Part shown: piece after piece, positions 15,582 through 24,000 of the stretch | Position numbering within the stretch: position 1 is the stretch's first letter | How the letters are laid out: each line of letters begins with the position of its first letter | Origin: an uncultured Methanosarcinales archaeon | GTDB taxonomy: Archaea; Nanobdellota; Nanobdellia; Woesearchaeales; UBA12501 | Length of the DNA stretch: 24,000 nt | Assembly: GCA_964343705.1 (NCBI GenBank) | Contig: CAYFJX010000002.1 | Coordinates: forward strand, 2,873-26,872 | Direction: 5' to 3' | Notes under the pieces: model-generated | What the model was told of the DNA's origin: nothing | Database searches by the model: none | The model's input: only the letters and a program-made list of their open reading frames with translations | Made by a program: the position numbers and the translations under genes

Positions 15582-17126
15582 TTAAAGCTTATTAAATGTT
15601 GTTCTTCCTGAGAGTAAATCATCAAGTACACGAACTAACTCTTCAATTTTCACACGTTTTTGTTGAGCAGTATCACGATCACGAATAGTTGCCTCTCCAT
15701 CGTCTAAACTTTCAAAGTCTATAGTAACACAGTAGGGTGTACCAATCTCATCATTTCGTGCATAGCGCCGTCCAATACTTCCAGACTTGTCATACACACA
15801 TACAAAATGGTCTTTCACCAGGGCAAATACTTCACGTGCTTTATCTCTGAGCTTGTTTACTAGTGGAAGAACTGCAACTTTTACTGGTGCAAGTTTAGGA
15901 TGTAGTTTAAGCACAATGTTTCCTCGTTCTTTGTCATCGTTGTACGCGTCAAACAAGAAAACAAGCAGGGTTCGCTCTACTCCAAACGCTGGTTCTGAAA
16001 CAACGTGTGGCAGGACTTTTTTGTTAGTTTCTTCGTCATATAGTGTGAGGTCTGCTTTTGAATGAAGCATGTGTTGTTTGAGGTCAAAGTCCCCCCGGTT
16101 TGCAACTCCTTGCAGTTCTTTCCATCCAAACGGAAACTTGTATTCTAGATCCCACGTGTCAACTGCGTAATGACTTTTTTCATCTTTAAGATGTTGACGA
16201 ATACGAAAATTAGAAGGTTGTGCACCAAGACTGAGGTACCAATTAAATGATGAAGCAAGCCAGTACGCCTGCCAAGGATTAGTAAGTATTTTTTGATCCA
16301 TTGCTTCCTTAAGGGTCATTTCTTGATGTTCTTTTTTTTGTTCTTGCATGTCTGATGAAATAATCTGGATTTTTGTTCCAAGGACTTCATCAAGAAAAGG
16401 ACAGTCATTTCCTTTGTCTGGATGAATAAAGTATTCTAGTTCCATTTGTTCAAATTCACGACAGCGAAAAATAAAGTCTCGTGCACGTATTTCATTTCTG
16501 AATGACCTTCCCATTTGTGCAATACCAAAGGGCAGCTTTAATCGTGCGTGCTCTGTAACAAGTCTAAAATTAGTGAACATCATTTGTGCTGTTTCTGGTC
16601 TAAGATACGCTGTTGAACTGTCATTTTCTACTGGTCCAACTTGAGTTCTAAACATGAGGTTGAATTGTTTTCCTTCTGCATATCCTCCACCACACTTGCA
16701 GTTAATGTTGTTTTCTACAATCAGTTTGGTTACATCTTCTTTTGAAAGGCCGTCTGCTTGAATTTTCAGTTTGTCTTCAATAAGGTGGTCTCCTCGTACA
16801 CGTGCATTACACTTGCTGCATTCTACCATGACATCTTCAAAGCAGTCAACATGGCCTGATGCCTTCCATACTTTTGGATTGGTAATGATACTTGCGTCAA
16901 TACCTACAACGTCTTCTCGTGATTGTACAAAGTGGCGCCACCAATGTTGTTTCATGTTGTTTTTGAGTTCAGACCCAAGATGGCCAAAGTCAAAGAATCC
17001 TGCAAGTCCCCCATAGAGTTCTGCTGTGGGGTAGATAAAGCCTTTTGCTTTACAGAATGTAGCCATGCCTTCTATGTTAAGACCTATATTTCCTGTGTCC
17101 GCGTCCCCTGTTGTTTTTTCTGCCAT
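15582..17126 (-). CDS. glyS: Glycyl-tRNA synthetase, dimeric class II type
   Basis: 514 aa; CKAKGFIYPTAELYGGLAGFFDFGHLG, AYLRPETAQMMFTNF, AQMGRSFRNEIRARDFIFRCREFEQMELEYF, VVSEPAFGVERTLLV. Confidence 0.95.
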   Translation of the reverse strand: MAEKTTGDADTGNIGLNIEGMATFCKAKGFIYPTAELYGGLAGFFDFGHLGSELKNNMKQHWWRHFVQSREDVVGIDASIITNPKVWKASGHVDCFEDVMVECSKCNARVRGDHLIEDKLKIQADGLSKEDVTKLIVENNINCKCGGGYAEGKQFNLMFRTQVGPVENDSSTAYLRPETAQMMFTNFRLVTEHARLKLPFGIAQMGRSFRNEIRARDFIFRCREFEQMELEYFIHPDKGNDCPFLDEVLGTKIQIISSDMQEQKKEHQEMTLKEAMDQKILTNPWQAYWLASSFNWYLSLGAQPSNFRIRQHLKDEKSHYAVDTWDLEYKFPFGWKELQGVANRGDFDLKQHMLHSKADLTLYDEETNKKVLPHVVSEPAFGVERTLLVFLFDAYNDDKERGNIVLKLHPKLAPVKVAVLPLVNKLRDKAREVFALVKDHFVCVYDKSGSIGRRYARNDEIGTPYCVTIDFESLDDGEATIRDRDTAQQKRVKIEELVRVLDDLLSGRTTFNKL

Positions 17127-17203
17127 AACGCCTCAATACAGAAATACAAGCCATTATTTATATATTTAGCGGCAGATAAGGGCATCTCCTACGTCTTTCT
17201 GAG

Positions 17204-17312
17204 GAATAGTGCCGCCTTGGAGTTTATCAGCCGAGACCCTGATTTATGCAAGGGTCTCGGCGTCAGTTACTGCCCGCTGGATGCGGGCAGCCCTAGCTCC
17301 GCTGCACTATTC
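17204..17312. repeat. Structured intergenic inverted-repeat element B
   Basis: Outer arms GAATAGTGC (17204..17212)/GCACTATTC (17304..17312) enclose perfect hairpins CCGAGACCCT/AGGGTCTCGG (17231..17260) and CTGCCCGC/GCGGGCAG (17270..17290). Confidence 0.8.
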
Positions 17313-17348
17313 ATCCTGCACAAAAAAAGACTTAAAATGAAAAGAAAT

Positions 17349-18587
17349 TCAATGACTTCTCAACCAGGTAACTTCATCAGGATCCAGTTCTAGCTGGGCT
17401 GCAAGACCCTCTGCCATCACTGCCCCAGATCTGTTACGAAACACATTGTGTAAATAAGGTAACGTGTCTTTGATTGCTCGCTTGGTTGAAGTGTGTGTTA
17501 CTGCAGCAATTTTTTCAGCAATACTTTTTCGCTTTGCATACTTCATATTTGCCTGCCAGATTCGCAGCAATCGCATAGTTCGACGGTACTCTACCTGGTT
17601 TGGATTCTTAGTGTCTTTTGAAACTGCGACCCCTGCACTCAAGTAGGCATTGACATACACAAGGAAACGCCAGTATTGCCACCTCATAATACGTTTTTGC
17701 ATGATGTCAGCTTTGGACACATAATCATACGCTCGTGCTAAATCTGCAGGGTTTGTATACTCGCTAGGAAGGTTTTCATCAATCCACAGCATGATCTCTT
17801 TGAGGTCTTCATTGACATTGTCAAACGCGTGGACTGCAATGTCTACCTTGTTTGTTTTGAAAACACGTAAAAGCCCGTTGTTAAGCGGTTCTACTCTCTG
17901 TCGTTCTGAAAGATCATCAAGAGCTTCCTTGGTAAGCTTCTTTGTTTCAATGGTAAGTGATTGTAAATCATTGAGAGCACCTCGAACATCCCCCCCTGCC
18001 ATTCGTGCAAGTGTATTGAGTGCCATTTGATCAAAGCCAATGTTTTCAGCAGTACAAACACGTGTAAGAAGGTCAGCGATTGCTGTGTGACTTACTTCTT
18101 CAAAGCCCACTTGTGTACTTGCTTTTCGTAATGCTTTGAGTTTGTCAGAGCTTGGATCACCAGCTGTGCATATAACTGGAAATGATGAATCTGCAATGAG
18201 TTTGAGTAATTCAACAACACCCCCTCTGTCTTTCCTTCCTGAAAGTCCATCAACTTCATCGACCAGTATAAGTTTTCCCTTTGAGAACAAGGACATTTGT
18301 TTCATTGCTCCTCCAAGAATACTGTTGATACCATCTTTGTTTCGAAAGTCACTTGCGTTCATTTCTACTAGTTCAAGATCTGTTTGGTTGGCAATTGCGT
18401 GAACAGCGCTTGTTTTTCCACAACCAGGAGGACCATGAAGGAGAATACACTTGCCTTTTTTACTAGAAGAGCTACTGCTATAATTATTTATGAATTGTAT
18501 AAGTTGTGCAATTCCACTTTCTTGTCCAACTACATCTTCTGGTTTTTTGGGACAGTACTTTTTGATAAAGGGTGTTGAGTCACTCAT
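17349..18587 (-). CDS. Replication factor C large subunit
   Basis: FIKKYCPKKPEDVVGQE, LLHGPPGCGKTSAVHAIANQ, LILVDEVDGLSGRKDRGG, MAGGDVRGALNDLQSL. The track starts at 18599; ATG 18587 gives MSDSTPFIKKYCPKKPEDVVG. Confidence 0.93.
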   Translation of the reverse strand: MSDSTPFIKKYCPKKPEDVVGQESGIAQLIQFINNYSSSSSSKKGKCILLHGPPGCGKTSAVHAIANQTDLELVEMNASDFRNKDGINSILGGAMKQMSLFSKGKLILVDEVDGLSGRKDRGGVVELLKLIADSSFPVICTAGDPSSDKLKALRKASTQVGFEEVSHTAIADLLTRVCTAENIGFDQMALNTLARMAGGDVRGALNDLQSLTIETKKLTKEALDDLSERQRVEPLNNGLLRVFKTNKVDIAVHAFDNVNEDLKEIMLWIDENLPSEYTNPADLARAYDYVSKADIMQKRIMRWQYWRFLVYVNAYLSAGVAVSKDTKNPNQVEYRRTMRLLRIWQANMKYAKRKSIAEKIAAVTHTSTKRAIKDTLPYLHNVFRNRSGAVMAEGLAAQLELDPDEVTWLRSH

Positions 18588-18700
18588 ACAACCAACCAAG
18601 AGAGGGGTATTAATATTGTTTGTGTTGATGAAGTTAATAATTGGAGAAAACTTTAAATAACGCTGTACACTAATCCCTATAGAAGAACGGAGGTGTTCTG

Positions 18701-18946
18701 ATGAAAAGTGAAGTTCCTAATTCAACAATAGCTGTATTACTTGTTCTTACCATCCTTGTGTCAGTTGTTGGCACGTGGACAGTACTTGAGAAAACAAAAG
18801 ACATGCAGATTACTGATGGCCCAATTGCTGGTGCTGCAGTTGAGGGAGCAACTGGCTCAGCCATTACAGGCAATATTGTTGTTGATACAGACGAAAATCA
18901 AGAAGGAGATGGTTCTGAGTCTGAAATTGAATATGAGGGTGAGTAA
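18701..18946 (+). CDS. Small single-TM protein with an acidic C-terminus
   Basis: 81 aa: STIAVLLVLTILVSVVGTWTVLE TM, then an acidic extra-membrane tail; 5 nt upstream of the protease-like gene. Confidence 0.6.
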   Translation: MKSEVPNSTIAVLLVLTILVSVVGTWTVLEKTKDMQITDGPIAGAAVEGATGSAITGNIVVDTDENQEGDGSESEIEYEGE

Positions 18947-18951
18947 CGCTC

Positions 18952-19506
18952 ATGTTTTCCCTGCGAGAATTAATTGATCTGATTGTGATGACCCTTGCAT
19001 TAGGGTATATTTTTAGAGACACGTTTAAACCAGCGTACAGCCATGTCAGGTTCAACCTCCAGCAGTTTAGCTGGCATGATGTTGGCTATGCTGCACTGAT
19101 TACTGCTCCAGGTATTATTCTCCACGAGCTTGGCCATAAAATTGTGGGTCTTATTTTTGGATTGCAACCAGTATTTCATGCTGCGTATGGATGGTTAACA
19201 CTTGGTGTTGTTTTAAAGATGTTAAACTTTGGTTTTATCTTTTTTGTACCAGGGTATGTTTCCCATATTGGAGCAGCAACAGTCTTCCAAAGCACTGCAA
19301 TTGCATTTGCAGGACCAGGAATCAATCTTGTTTTGTGGTTTGTGGCAAAACAATTGTTCAAGCACAAAGTTGGCAAGGAAAAATGGCACAATGTCTGGAT
19401 TCTAACTGCAAAGATTAACATGTTCCTGTTTATATTTAACATGCTGCCAATCCCACCCTTTGACGGGTTTAAAGTGTGGACTGGCTTGTTTGAAATGATT
19501 TTCTGA
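18952..19506 (+). CDS. Site-2 protease (M50)-like membrane metalloprotease
   Basis: 184 aa with HELGH in a hydrophobic context (ITAPGIILHELGHKIVG) and a downstream NMLPIPPFDGFKV motif (NxxPxxPxDG-like). Confidence 0.85.
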   Translation: MFSLRELIDLIVMTLALGYIFRDTFKPAYSHVRFNLQQFSWHDVGYAALITAPGIILHELGHKIVGLIFGLQPVFHAAYGWLTLGVVLKMLNFGFIFFVPGYVSHIGAATVFQSTAIAFAGPGINLVLWFVAKQLFKHKVGKEKWHNVWILTAKINMFLFIFNMLPIPPFDGFKVWTGLFEMIF

Positions 19507-19556
19507 AAGTAAAAAAGGAGAAAGAAGAAAAAGAAAAAAAAGTTAGTTCTACAACC

Positions 19557-19805
19557 TTACAATAAATGATTGTACAACCACGCAATTAGTGCTCCACCAA
19601 TGGTTCCTTCTACAAACCCATGCACCCCACCGATAATGCTTCCAGTAAAGGTTGGTGCAAAGCCAAGGTACACTGTTCCGAGTGCTTCTACAAAGTTAGC
19701 ACCAAAACCGCGCATGGCAACAATACCCATCAAAAGAACACTTGCTCCCCAAAGAATACCTATTGTTAATGCCATTGCCTTAACATTCAATTCACTGTGT
19801 TTCAT
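19557..19805 (-). CDS. Small Gly-rich membrane protein
   Basis: 82 aa, two or more hydrophobic segments, divergent from pyrG. Confidence 0.5.
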   Translation of the reverse strand: MKHSELNVKAMALTIGILWGASVLLMGIVAMRGFGANFVEALGTVYLGFAPTFTGSIIGGVHGFVEGTIGGALIAWLYNHLL

Positions 19806-19869
19806 ATGATCACCTGTTTTGCAGGATCCTACTCGCCTGCCCTATTCTACATATTATGCCTCTTCCAGT

Positions 19870-19887
19870 ATATAAAAATTTTTATAT
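19870..19887. promoter_or_regulatory. Perfectly palindromic double TATA box (candidate bidirectional promoter)
   Basis: ATATAAAAATTTTTATAT equals its own reverse complement; it lies between the divergent genes 19557..19805 (minus) and pyrG (plus), 22 nt from the pyrG ATG. Confidence 0.65.
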
Positions 19888-19908
19888 CTCACATCACGTT
19901 ACCTGTTA

Positions 19909-21636
19909 ATGCACCACGAAAATAACCCATCCCATGATAACACCCCCCAGGACACGCACACATGTAAACAACCAAAGTTTATTGTTGTTACAGGTGGCGT
20001 TCTCTCAGGCCTTGGAAAGGGTATTGCAGCTGCAAGCATTGGCAACCTACTTTCTCATGATCTCAAAATTATCCCGATTAAGTGTGATGGGTATTTGAAT
20101 GTTGATCCTGGCACTATGAATCCTGTTGAGCATGGTGAAGTGTTTGTGCTTGATGATGGCACTGAGGTTGACATGGACTTTGGCCATTATGAACGATTTC
20201 TCAATGTTACATGCAAGGGCAAGTGGAATCTTACCATGGGAAAAGTATTTGCCAAGATTCGTGAAAAAGAACGACGCGGAGATTACCTTGGAAAAACAGT
20301 GCAGTTCATTCCTCACGTGACTGACCTTATTAGAAATCACTTTCTTGAAATTGCAGAAGAAGAACAAGCAGATATGGTACTTATTGAAGTTGGGGGTACG
20401 GTGGGTGATATGGAAAATGAGTTTTTTATTGAAGGAGTACGCCAGCTCAAAAACAAAGTAGGCAGAGAGAATGTTATGTATATTCACTTAACCTATGTTC
20501 CAAAGCCTGCAGGGGTGAAAGAACAAAAGTCAAAACCAACACAGCAAAGTGTTGGTTTGCTGCGACAAAAAGGTATTCAGCCAGATCTTATTATTGGACG
20601 TTGTGAGGAAATGCTTACCCAGAAGATAAAAGAGAAGATTGCTACGTTTTGTGATGTGGAACCTGCAGCAGTTATCACAGGGATTGATGTTGACAATATT
20701 TACCAGATCCCTGCAACATTTGAGCGACAAGGAATAATGGATATTATCAACAAGAAATTACATTTGAACATTCAGCCACAAAATGAAAAGTGGAACAAGC
20801 TTGCCTCAAACATGCATCCTGTTGGAAAAGAGATTACCATTGCAATTTGTGGTAAGTACACTGCACTTGAAGATTCATACGCAAGTATTCTTGAAGCATT
20901 AAATCACTGTAGTGCCCACTGTAATCATACAATCAACGTGCGTTGGATTGAAACAAGTGAAACAACTGATTATGCAGAGGCACTGCAAGGTGTTCATGGT
21001 ATTATTGTTCCCGGTGGGTTTGGCGGGCGAGGTGTTGAAGGAAAGATTGCAACCATTAAGTATTGCAGAGAAAACAACATTCCTTTCCTTGGTATTTGTT
21101 ATGGACTGCAAACTGCAGTTGTTGAATTTGCACGAAACGTGTGTGGATTACCAGAAGCTCACACCACAGAAACTGATGAAAACACCAAAGATCCAGTAGT
21201 GTATATTCTTCCTGAAAAAGAAGGTCTTGCAAACATGGGAGGAACCTTACGTCTTGGAGCATGCAGTGCAACTCTGATCAAGGGAAGTCTTATGAGTGAC
21301 TTGTATGAAGGACTTGTTGCAAGCGAGCGACACAGGCACCGTTATGAAGTCAATCCAGAGTACCATAACATACTTAGTGAAAATGGGTTGGTACTCAGTG
21401 GCATGAGTCCAGATAGGAAACTGGTTGAGTTTATTGAGTTACCACAACACATTCACCCATATTTTGTTGCGTGCCAGGGACACGTAGAACTTAAGAGTAC
21501 ACTTACCAAGCCAGCACCATTATTTTTGGGATTGGTTAAGGCAGGGATTAAGATGAAAGATGGTATTGTTGAAGCGCCGCAACAGGTGGAGCAACAAACA
21601 ATACCCACCCCAAGCATACAAGAGGTACAACAATGA
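19909..21636 (+). CDS. pyrG: CTP synthase
   Basis: KFIVVTGGVLSGLGKGIAAASIG, KCDGYLNVDPGTMNPVEHGEVFVLDDG, glutamine amidotransferase GICYGLQTAVVEFAR, HRHRYEVNP. Confidence 0.97.
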   Translation: MHHENNPSHDNTPQDTHTCKQPKFIVVTGGVLSGLGKGIAAASIGNLLSHDLKIIPIKCDGYLNVDPGTMNPVEHGEVFVLDDGTEVDMDFGHYERFLNVTCKGKWNLTMGKVFAKIREKERRGDYLGKTVQFIPHVTDLIRNHFLEIAEEEQADMVLIEVGGTVGDMENEFFIEGVRQLKNKVGRENVMYIHLTYVPKPAGVKEQKSKPTQQSVGLLRQKGIQPDLIIGRCEEMLTQKIKEKIATFCDVEPAAVITGIDVDNIYQIPATFERQGIMDIINKKLHLNIQPQNEKWNKLASNMHPVGKEITIAICGKYTALEDSYASILEALNHCSAHCNHTINVRWIETSETTDYAEALQGVHGIIVPGGFGGRGVEGKIATIKYCRENNIPFLGICYGLQTAVVEFARNVCGLPEAHTTETDENTKDPVVYILPEKEGLANMGGTLRLGACSATLIKGSLMSDLYEGLVASERHRHRYEVNPEYHNILSENGLVLSGMSPDRKLVEFIELPQHIHPYFVACQGHVELKSTLTKPAPLFLGLVKAGIKMKDGIVEAPQQVEQQTIPTPSIQEVQQ

Positions 21637-22067
21637 CCTGCTGTAACATATTTGACGCTGAGGTTTTTGATGAAGAAAACAATCTGCTTAAAGAGTACAC
21701 GCACTGGAAACTGCTTATTCGCAATAGAAATCAAACTCTTGGAAACTGTGTGGCAATCACCAAGCGGCACATGGAATCTTTCTCTGAAATCACCCCTGAA
21801 GAAATGCAGGATTTTCAAAATGTGGTAAAAGATGTGGAAAAAGCTTTGAAAGCAGCGTTTGGATATGATAAAATAAATTACATGATGCTTATGATGAATG
21901 ACAAGCACACACACTTTCATATTGTTCCACGGTATGCTGAAGTAAAAGTGTTTGCTGGCATGACTTGGACTGACGAGGGCTGGCCTAAAATGCCAGGTCC
22001 TGGGAAAGAAGCACTATCCCAAGATATGCTCAATGCAGTGAAAGAAGAAGTGCTAAAGCATTTGTGA
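21633..22067 (+). CDS. HIT-family nucleotide hydrolase/transferase-like protein
   Basis: 144 aa; CCNIFDAEVFDE..., HTHFHIVPRYAEVK (HxHxH-like). ATGA overlap with the pyrG stop. Confidence 0.85.
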   Translation: MTCCNIFDAEVFDEENNLLKEYTHWKLLIRNRNQTLGNCVAITKRHMESFSEITPEEMQDFQNVVKDVEKALKAAFGYDKINYMMLMMNDKHTHFHIVPRYAEVKVFAGMTWTDEGWPKMPGPGKEALSQDMLNAVKEEVLKHL

Positions 22068-22079
22068 TTGTCACAGTAA

Positions 22080-22931
22080 TCACGCAGGGCTCATTCTCTT
22101 TTTTCTCAAGTAGTAACCAGATACAATAATACACAATCCTCCTATGATCATATTCCAGGTGAGTACTTCGTTAAAAAATAAAAAGCCATAGAAAATTGCC
22201 ACTACCACTTCAAAATAAGCCATCAACGCGTACTCAACAACTTTAATACGACGTAGTGCATAGAAAAAAAGCAGCCATGCACCAATACCTATCACCAGGC
22301 CGTATACACTTCCCACTCCCGCTTGAAACAGTGTTGGGAATGGCTTGTTGATAAAAATAAAAGGCAGGAACACAAATGCAGCAACCAAGTTCTGGTGAAA
22401 GATCATTTCAGTTTTGGTGTAGCCTTTAATTTCTTTTTTGAAAAGCACCATCATCAAAGCAGTTAGAATAGCAGAGCCAAGCATGGCAGTCATGCCAATA
22501 ATATCATGGTTAGCAAGACTTAATGATCGGTGAGAGTACATCATAACAATACCAACAAAGGCAATGCCTAGTAAAAGAAAATCAACTCTTCCCACCTTTT
22601 CCTTCAGAAACAACATGCCAAATACTGCTGCAAATATTGGCCAGGTGTACAGAATGATATATCCATTTCCAAGAGTAGTATAGAGGAATGTCAAGTAATA
22701 CAAAAATATACGAGGAGCATTAATGACTGATGCCCAAAACAAGTTTTTGTATCCTTTTTTGAAGAAGGTTGTTTTTTTGTATGATAAGTAACAAAAGAGG
22801 ACAAGAACAGGTATTGCAACTCGAAAAAAGGTAATGCTTGTTGCAGGAAGACCAATAAGTTTGGCAAAGACACCGTTTGACGCCCCGAGCGTGACGCCCA
22901 GGATCATTGCAAGAAAAGGGTTGAGGTTCAT
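22080..22931 (-). CDS. EamA/DMT-family transporter
   Basis: About 10 hydrophobic segments; MNLNPFLAMILGVTLGASNGVFAKLIGLPATSITFFR; internal duplication typical of EamA. The track start at 22964 would overlap the upstream gene; ATG 22931 is more plausible. Confidence 0.85.
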   Translation of the reverse strand: MNLNPFLAMILGVTLGASNGVFAKLIGLPATSITFFRVAIPVLVLFCYLSYKKTTFFKKGYKNLFWASVINAPRIFLYYLTFLYTTLGNGYIILYTWPIFAAVFGMLFLKEKVGRVDFLLLGIAFVGIVMMYSHRSLSLANHDIIGMTAMLGSAILTALMMVLFKKEIKGYTKTEMIFHQNLVAAFVFLPFIFINKPFPTLFQAGVGSVYGLVIGIGAWLLFFYALRRIKVVEYALMAYFEVVVAIFYGFLFFNEVLTWNMIIGGLCIIVSGYYLRKKRMSPA

Positions 22932-22950
22932 GGTGTAACACATCCCACAA

Positions 22951-23532
22951 TTATGAGAGTTCATCCAGGCGTTTCATTGCATCCTGATGCCATTGTTTTG
23001 CAATCTCTTTTGCTTTTGGCGAGGTAATTCGTGTGTACATCCAGTCTATTTTTGGTCGTACTTTTTCAACACCATCTACAGGTAATTTTTTGTCAATGAA
23101 AAAGTCAACATTATTTTCAAGAAAACTAAGACTGTCAGCGTCTTTCAAAAGATTCTGGTCATCATCACCACCAACCTCATGTTTGGAAATAAGGTGTTTA
23201 ACACGCTCAATGATTTCTTTGCTTGCACCATGTTTTTCAAGAAACTCCCCCCTAATCTCTGCTCCTTTTTCTTGGTGGTACTTCATGCATTTCTTGTCAA
23301 GGTAGCCCTCTGGCCCCACGTACATATTGTCCTCAGGTTTTCTAAACCCTCTTTCAATATCATGAGCAAATGCAGCAATCTGAAATGCTTCATCTGCATC
23401 TGGCTTAAGCTGAAGCAGCCAATATACAGTGCGTTCAAAGTGAATCATACGTGTTTGATTTAAAGGGATCTGACCTTGTTTGGTGTAGGTATCAGTTACG
23501 TATTTTTTTACCTTTTCATAGAGTTCAGTCAT
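22951..23532 (-). CDS. HD-like/DUF4202-like protein
   Basis: 193 aa; MIHFERTVYWLLQLKPDADEAFQIAAFAHDIERGFR...LKDADSLSFLENNVDFF. TATATAAA at 23555..23562 is about 23 nt upstream of the ATG. Confidence 0.7.
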   Translation of the reverse strand: MTELYEKVKKYVTDTYTKQGQIPLNQTRMIHFERTVYWLLQLKPDADEAFQIAAFAHDIERGFRKPEDNMYVGPEGYLDKKCMKYHQEKGAEIRGEFLEKHGASKEIIERVKHLISKHEVGGDDDQNLLKDADSLSFLENNVDFFIDKKLPVDGVEKVRPKIDWMYTRITSPKAKEIAKQWHQDAMKRLDELS

Positions 23533-23629
23533 ATTTATAGACAGCTTCCCCTTCTATATAAATGTGTTCTTAAAGAAGTTCGGAAGTACCAAAAAGATTT
23601 ATAAAGGAGGTCTAGTTTTTGCCAAAGAT

Positions 23630-24000
23630 ATGGAAGAAGAATCCAAGGCACCAGTGCGTGTATCAAAAAAAAAGTTACGACGCGACCGTGCACGTATGAG
23701 ACAAGGACTCCGGCCAATCACCCATTCTGGACAAGCACAAGAAACAACACAGAGTAGTCAGGCTAGTTCAAGCCACAAAAATGAAGGCACCTTAAGACGA
23801 ATATATCGCCATCATTATAAACAATTATTATGGATTCCATTCATTCTCTTGGTTCTTGCTATTGCACAAATTAGCATTCAAACTGCAACAACCGGAGATT
23901 TTATTCACAAAGGAGTTTCTATTCAAGGAGGAGTTACAGTAACAATCCCAGGAATCACACAAGACAGTATAGTTATTGAAGAAATGTTAAAGTCAAAATT
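23630..24000 (+). CDS. secF: SecF, protein-export membrane protein, 5' part (runs off the window)
   Basis: Not in the supplied track. Translation from ATG 23630: MEESKAPVRVSKKKLRRDR... YKQLLWIPFILLVLAIAQISIQTATTGDFIHKGVSIQGGVTVTIPGI, matching the SecF N-terminus. AGGAGGT upstream. Confidence 0.85.
   Translation, partial: MEEESKAPVRVSKKKLRRDRARMRQGLRPITHSGQAQETTQSSQASSSHKNEGTLRRIYRHHYKQLLWIPFILLVLAIAQISIQTATTGDFIHKGVSIQGGVTVTIPGITQDSIVIEEMLKSK

Noticed and set aside
17204-17312. T-box riboswitch controlling glyS
   Set aside because: No T-box-like GGTGGNACC sequence or antiterminator was recognised, and the element shares sequence with one at 11.4 kb not linked to a synthetase.
23535-23717. 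60-aa minus-strand ORF
   Set aside because: Overlaps the promoter and 5' end of the supported secF reading frame on the plus strand.
1-24000. CRISPR array, toxin-antitoxin pair, prophage or insertion sequence
   Set aside because: No regularly spaced direct repeats, cas-like genes, transposase, integrase or structural phage genes were found.

Overview
The window is an ordinary-looking archaeal chromosome segment. AT-rich TATA boxes, an archaeal-type SecF, RFC large subunit and an archaeal pilus-type ATPase make a DPANN-like lineage plausible, but that is inference. Recognisable genes: a bacterial-type aspS, a translin-family protein, glyS, the RFC large subunit, an OB-fold ssDNA-binding protein, a membrane M50-like protease, pyrG, a HIT protein, an EamA transporter, an HD/DUF4202-like protein and the 5' part of secF. 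Most interesting items: (1) a type IV pilus/archaellum-like locus at 3.1-12.1 kb with three tandem paralogous small membrane proteins, two coiled-coil proteins, a 760-aa secretion ATPase and a 763-aa GspF/TadC-like membrane platform, with no pilin seen; (2) a tRNA-Phe(GAA) gene at 13752..13851 (minus) interrupted by a 27-nt non-canonical intron at position 30/31 that fits a bulge-helix-bulge; (3) a LAGLIDADG endonuclease gene beside it, whose Shine-Dalgarno is buried in a 17-bp hairpin; (4) a ~50-nt decayed copy of the 3' end of the 180-aa membrane-protein gene, found beyond a DUF2200-like gene, which looks like a cassette-insertion scar; (5) structured intergenic elements sharing sequence motifs (11385..11542 and 17204..17312, possibly 12566..12790); (6) two tandem tiny, very basic proteins sharing an N-terminal EFLExFGF motif. 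No CRISPR array or classical IS element was seen. All homology statements are from motif recognition by eye, with no database search.
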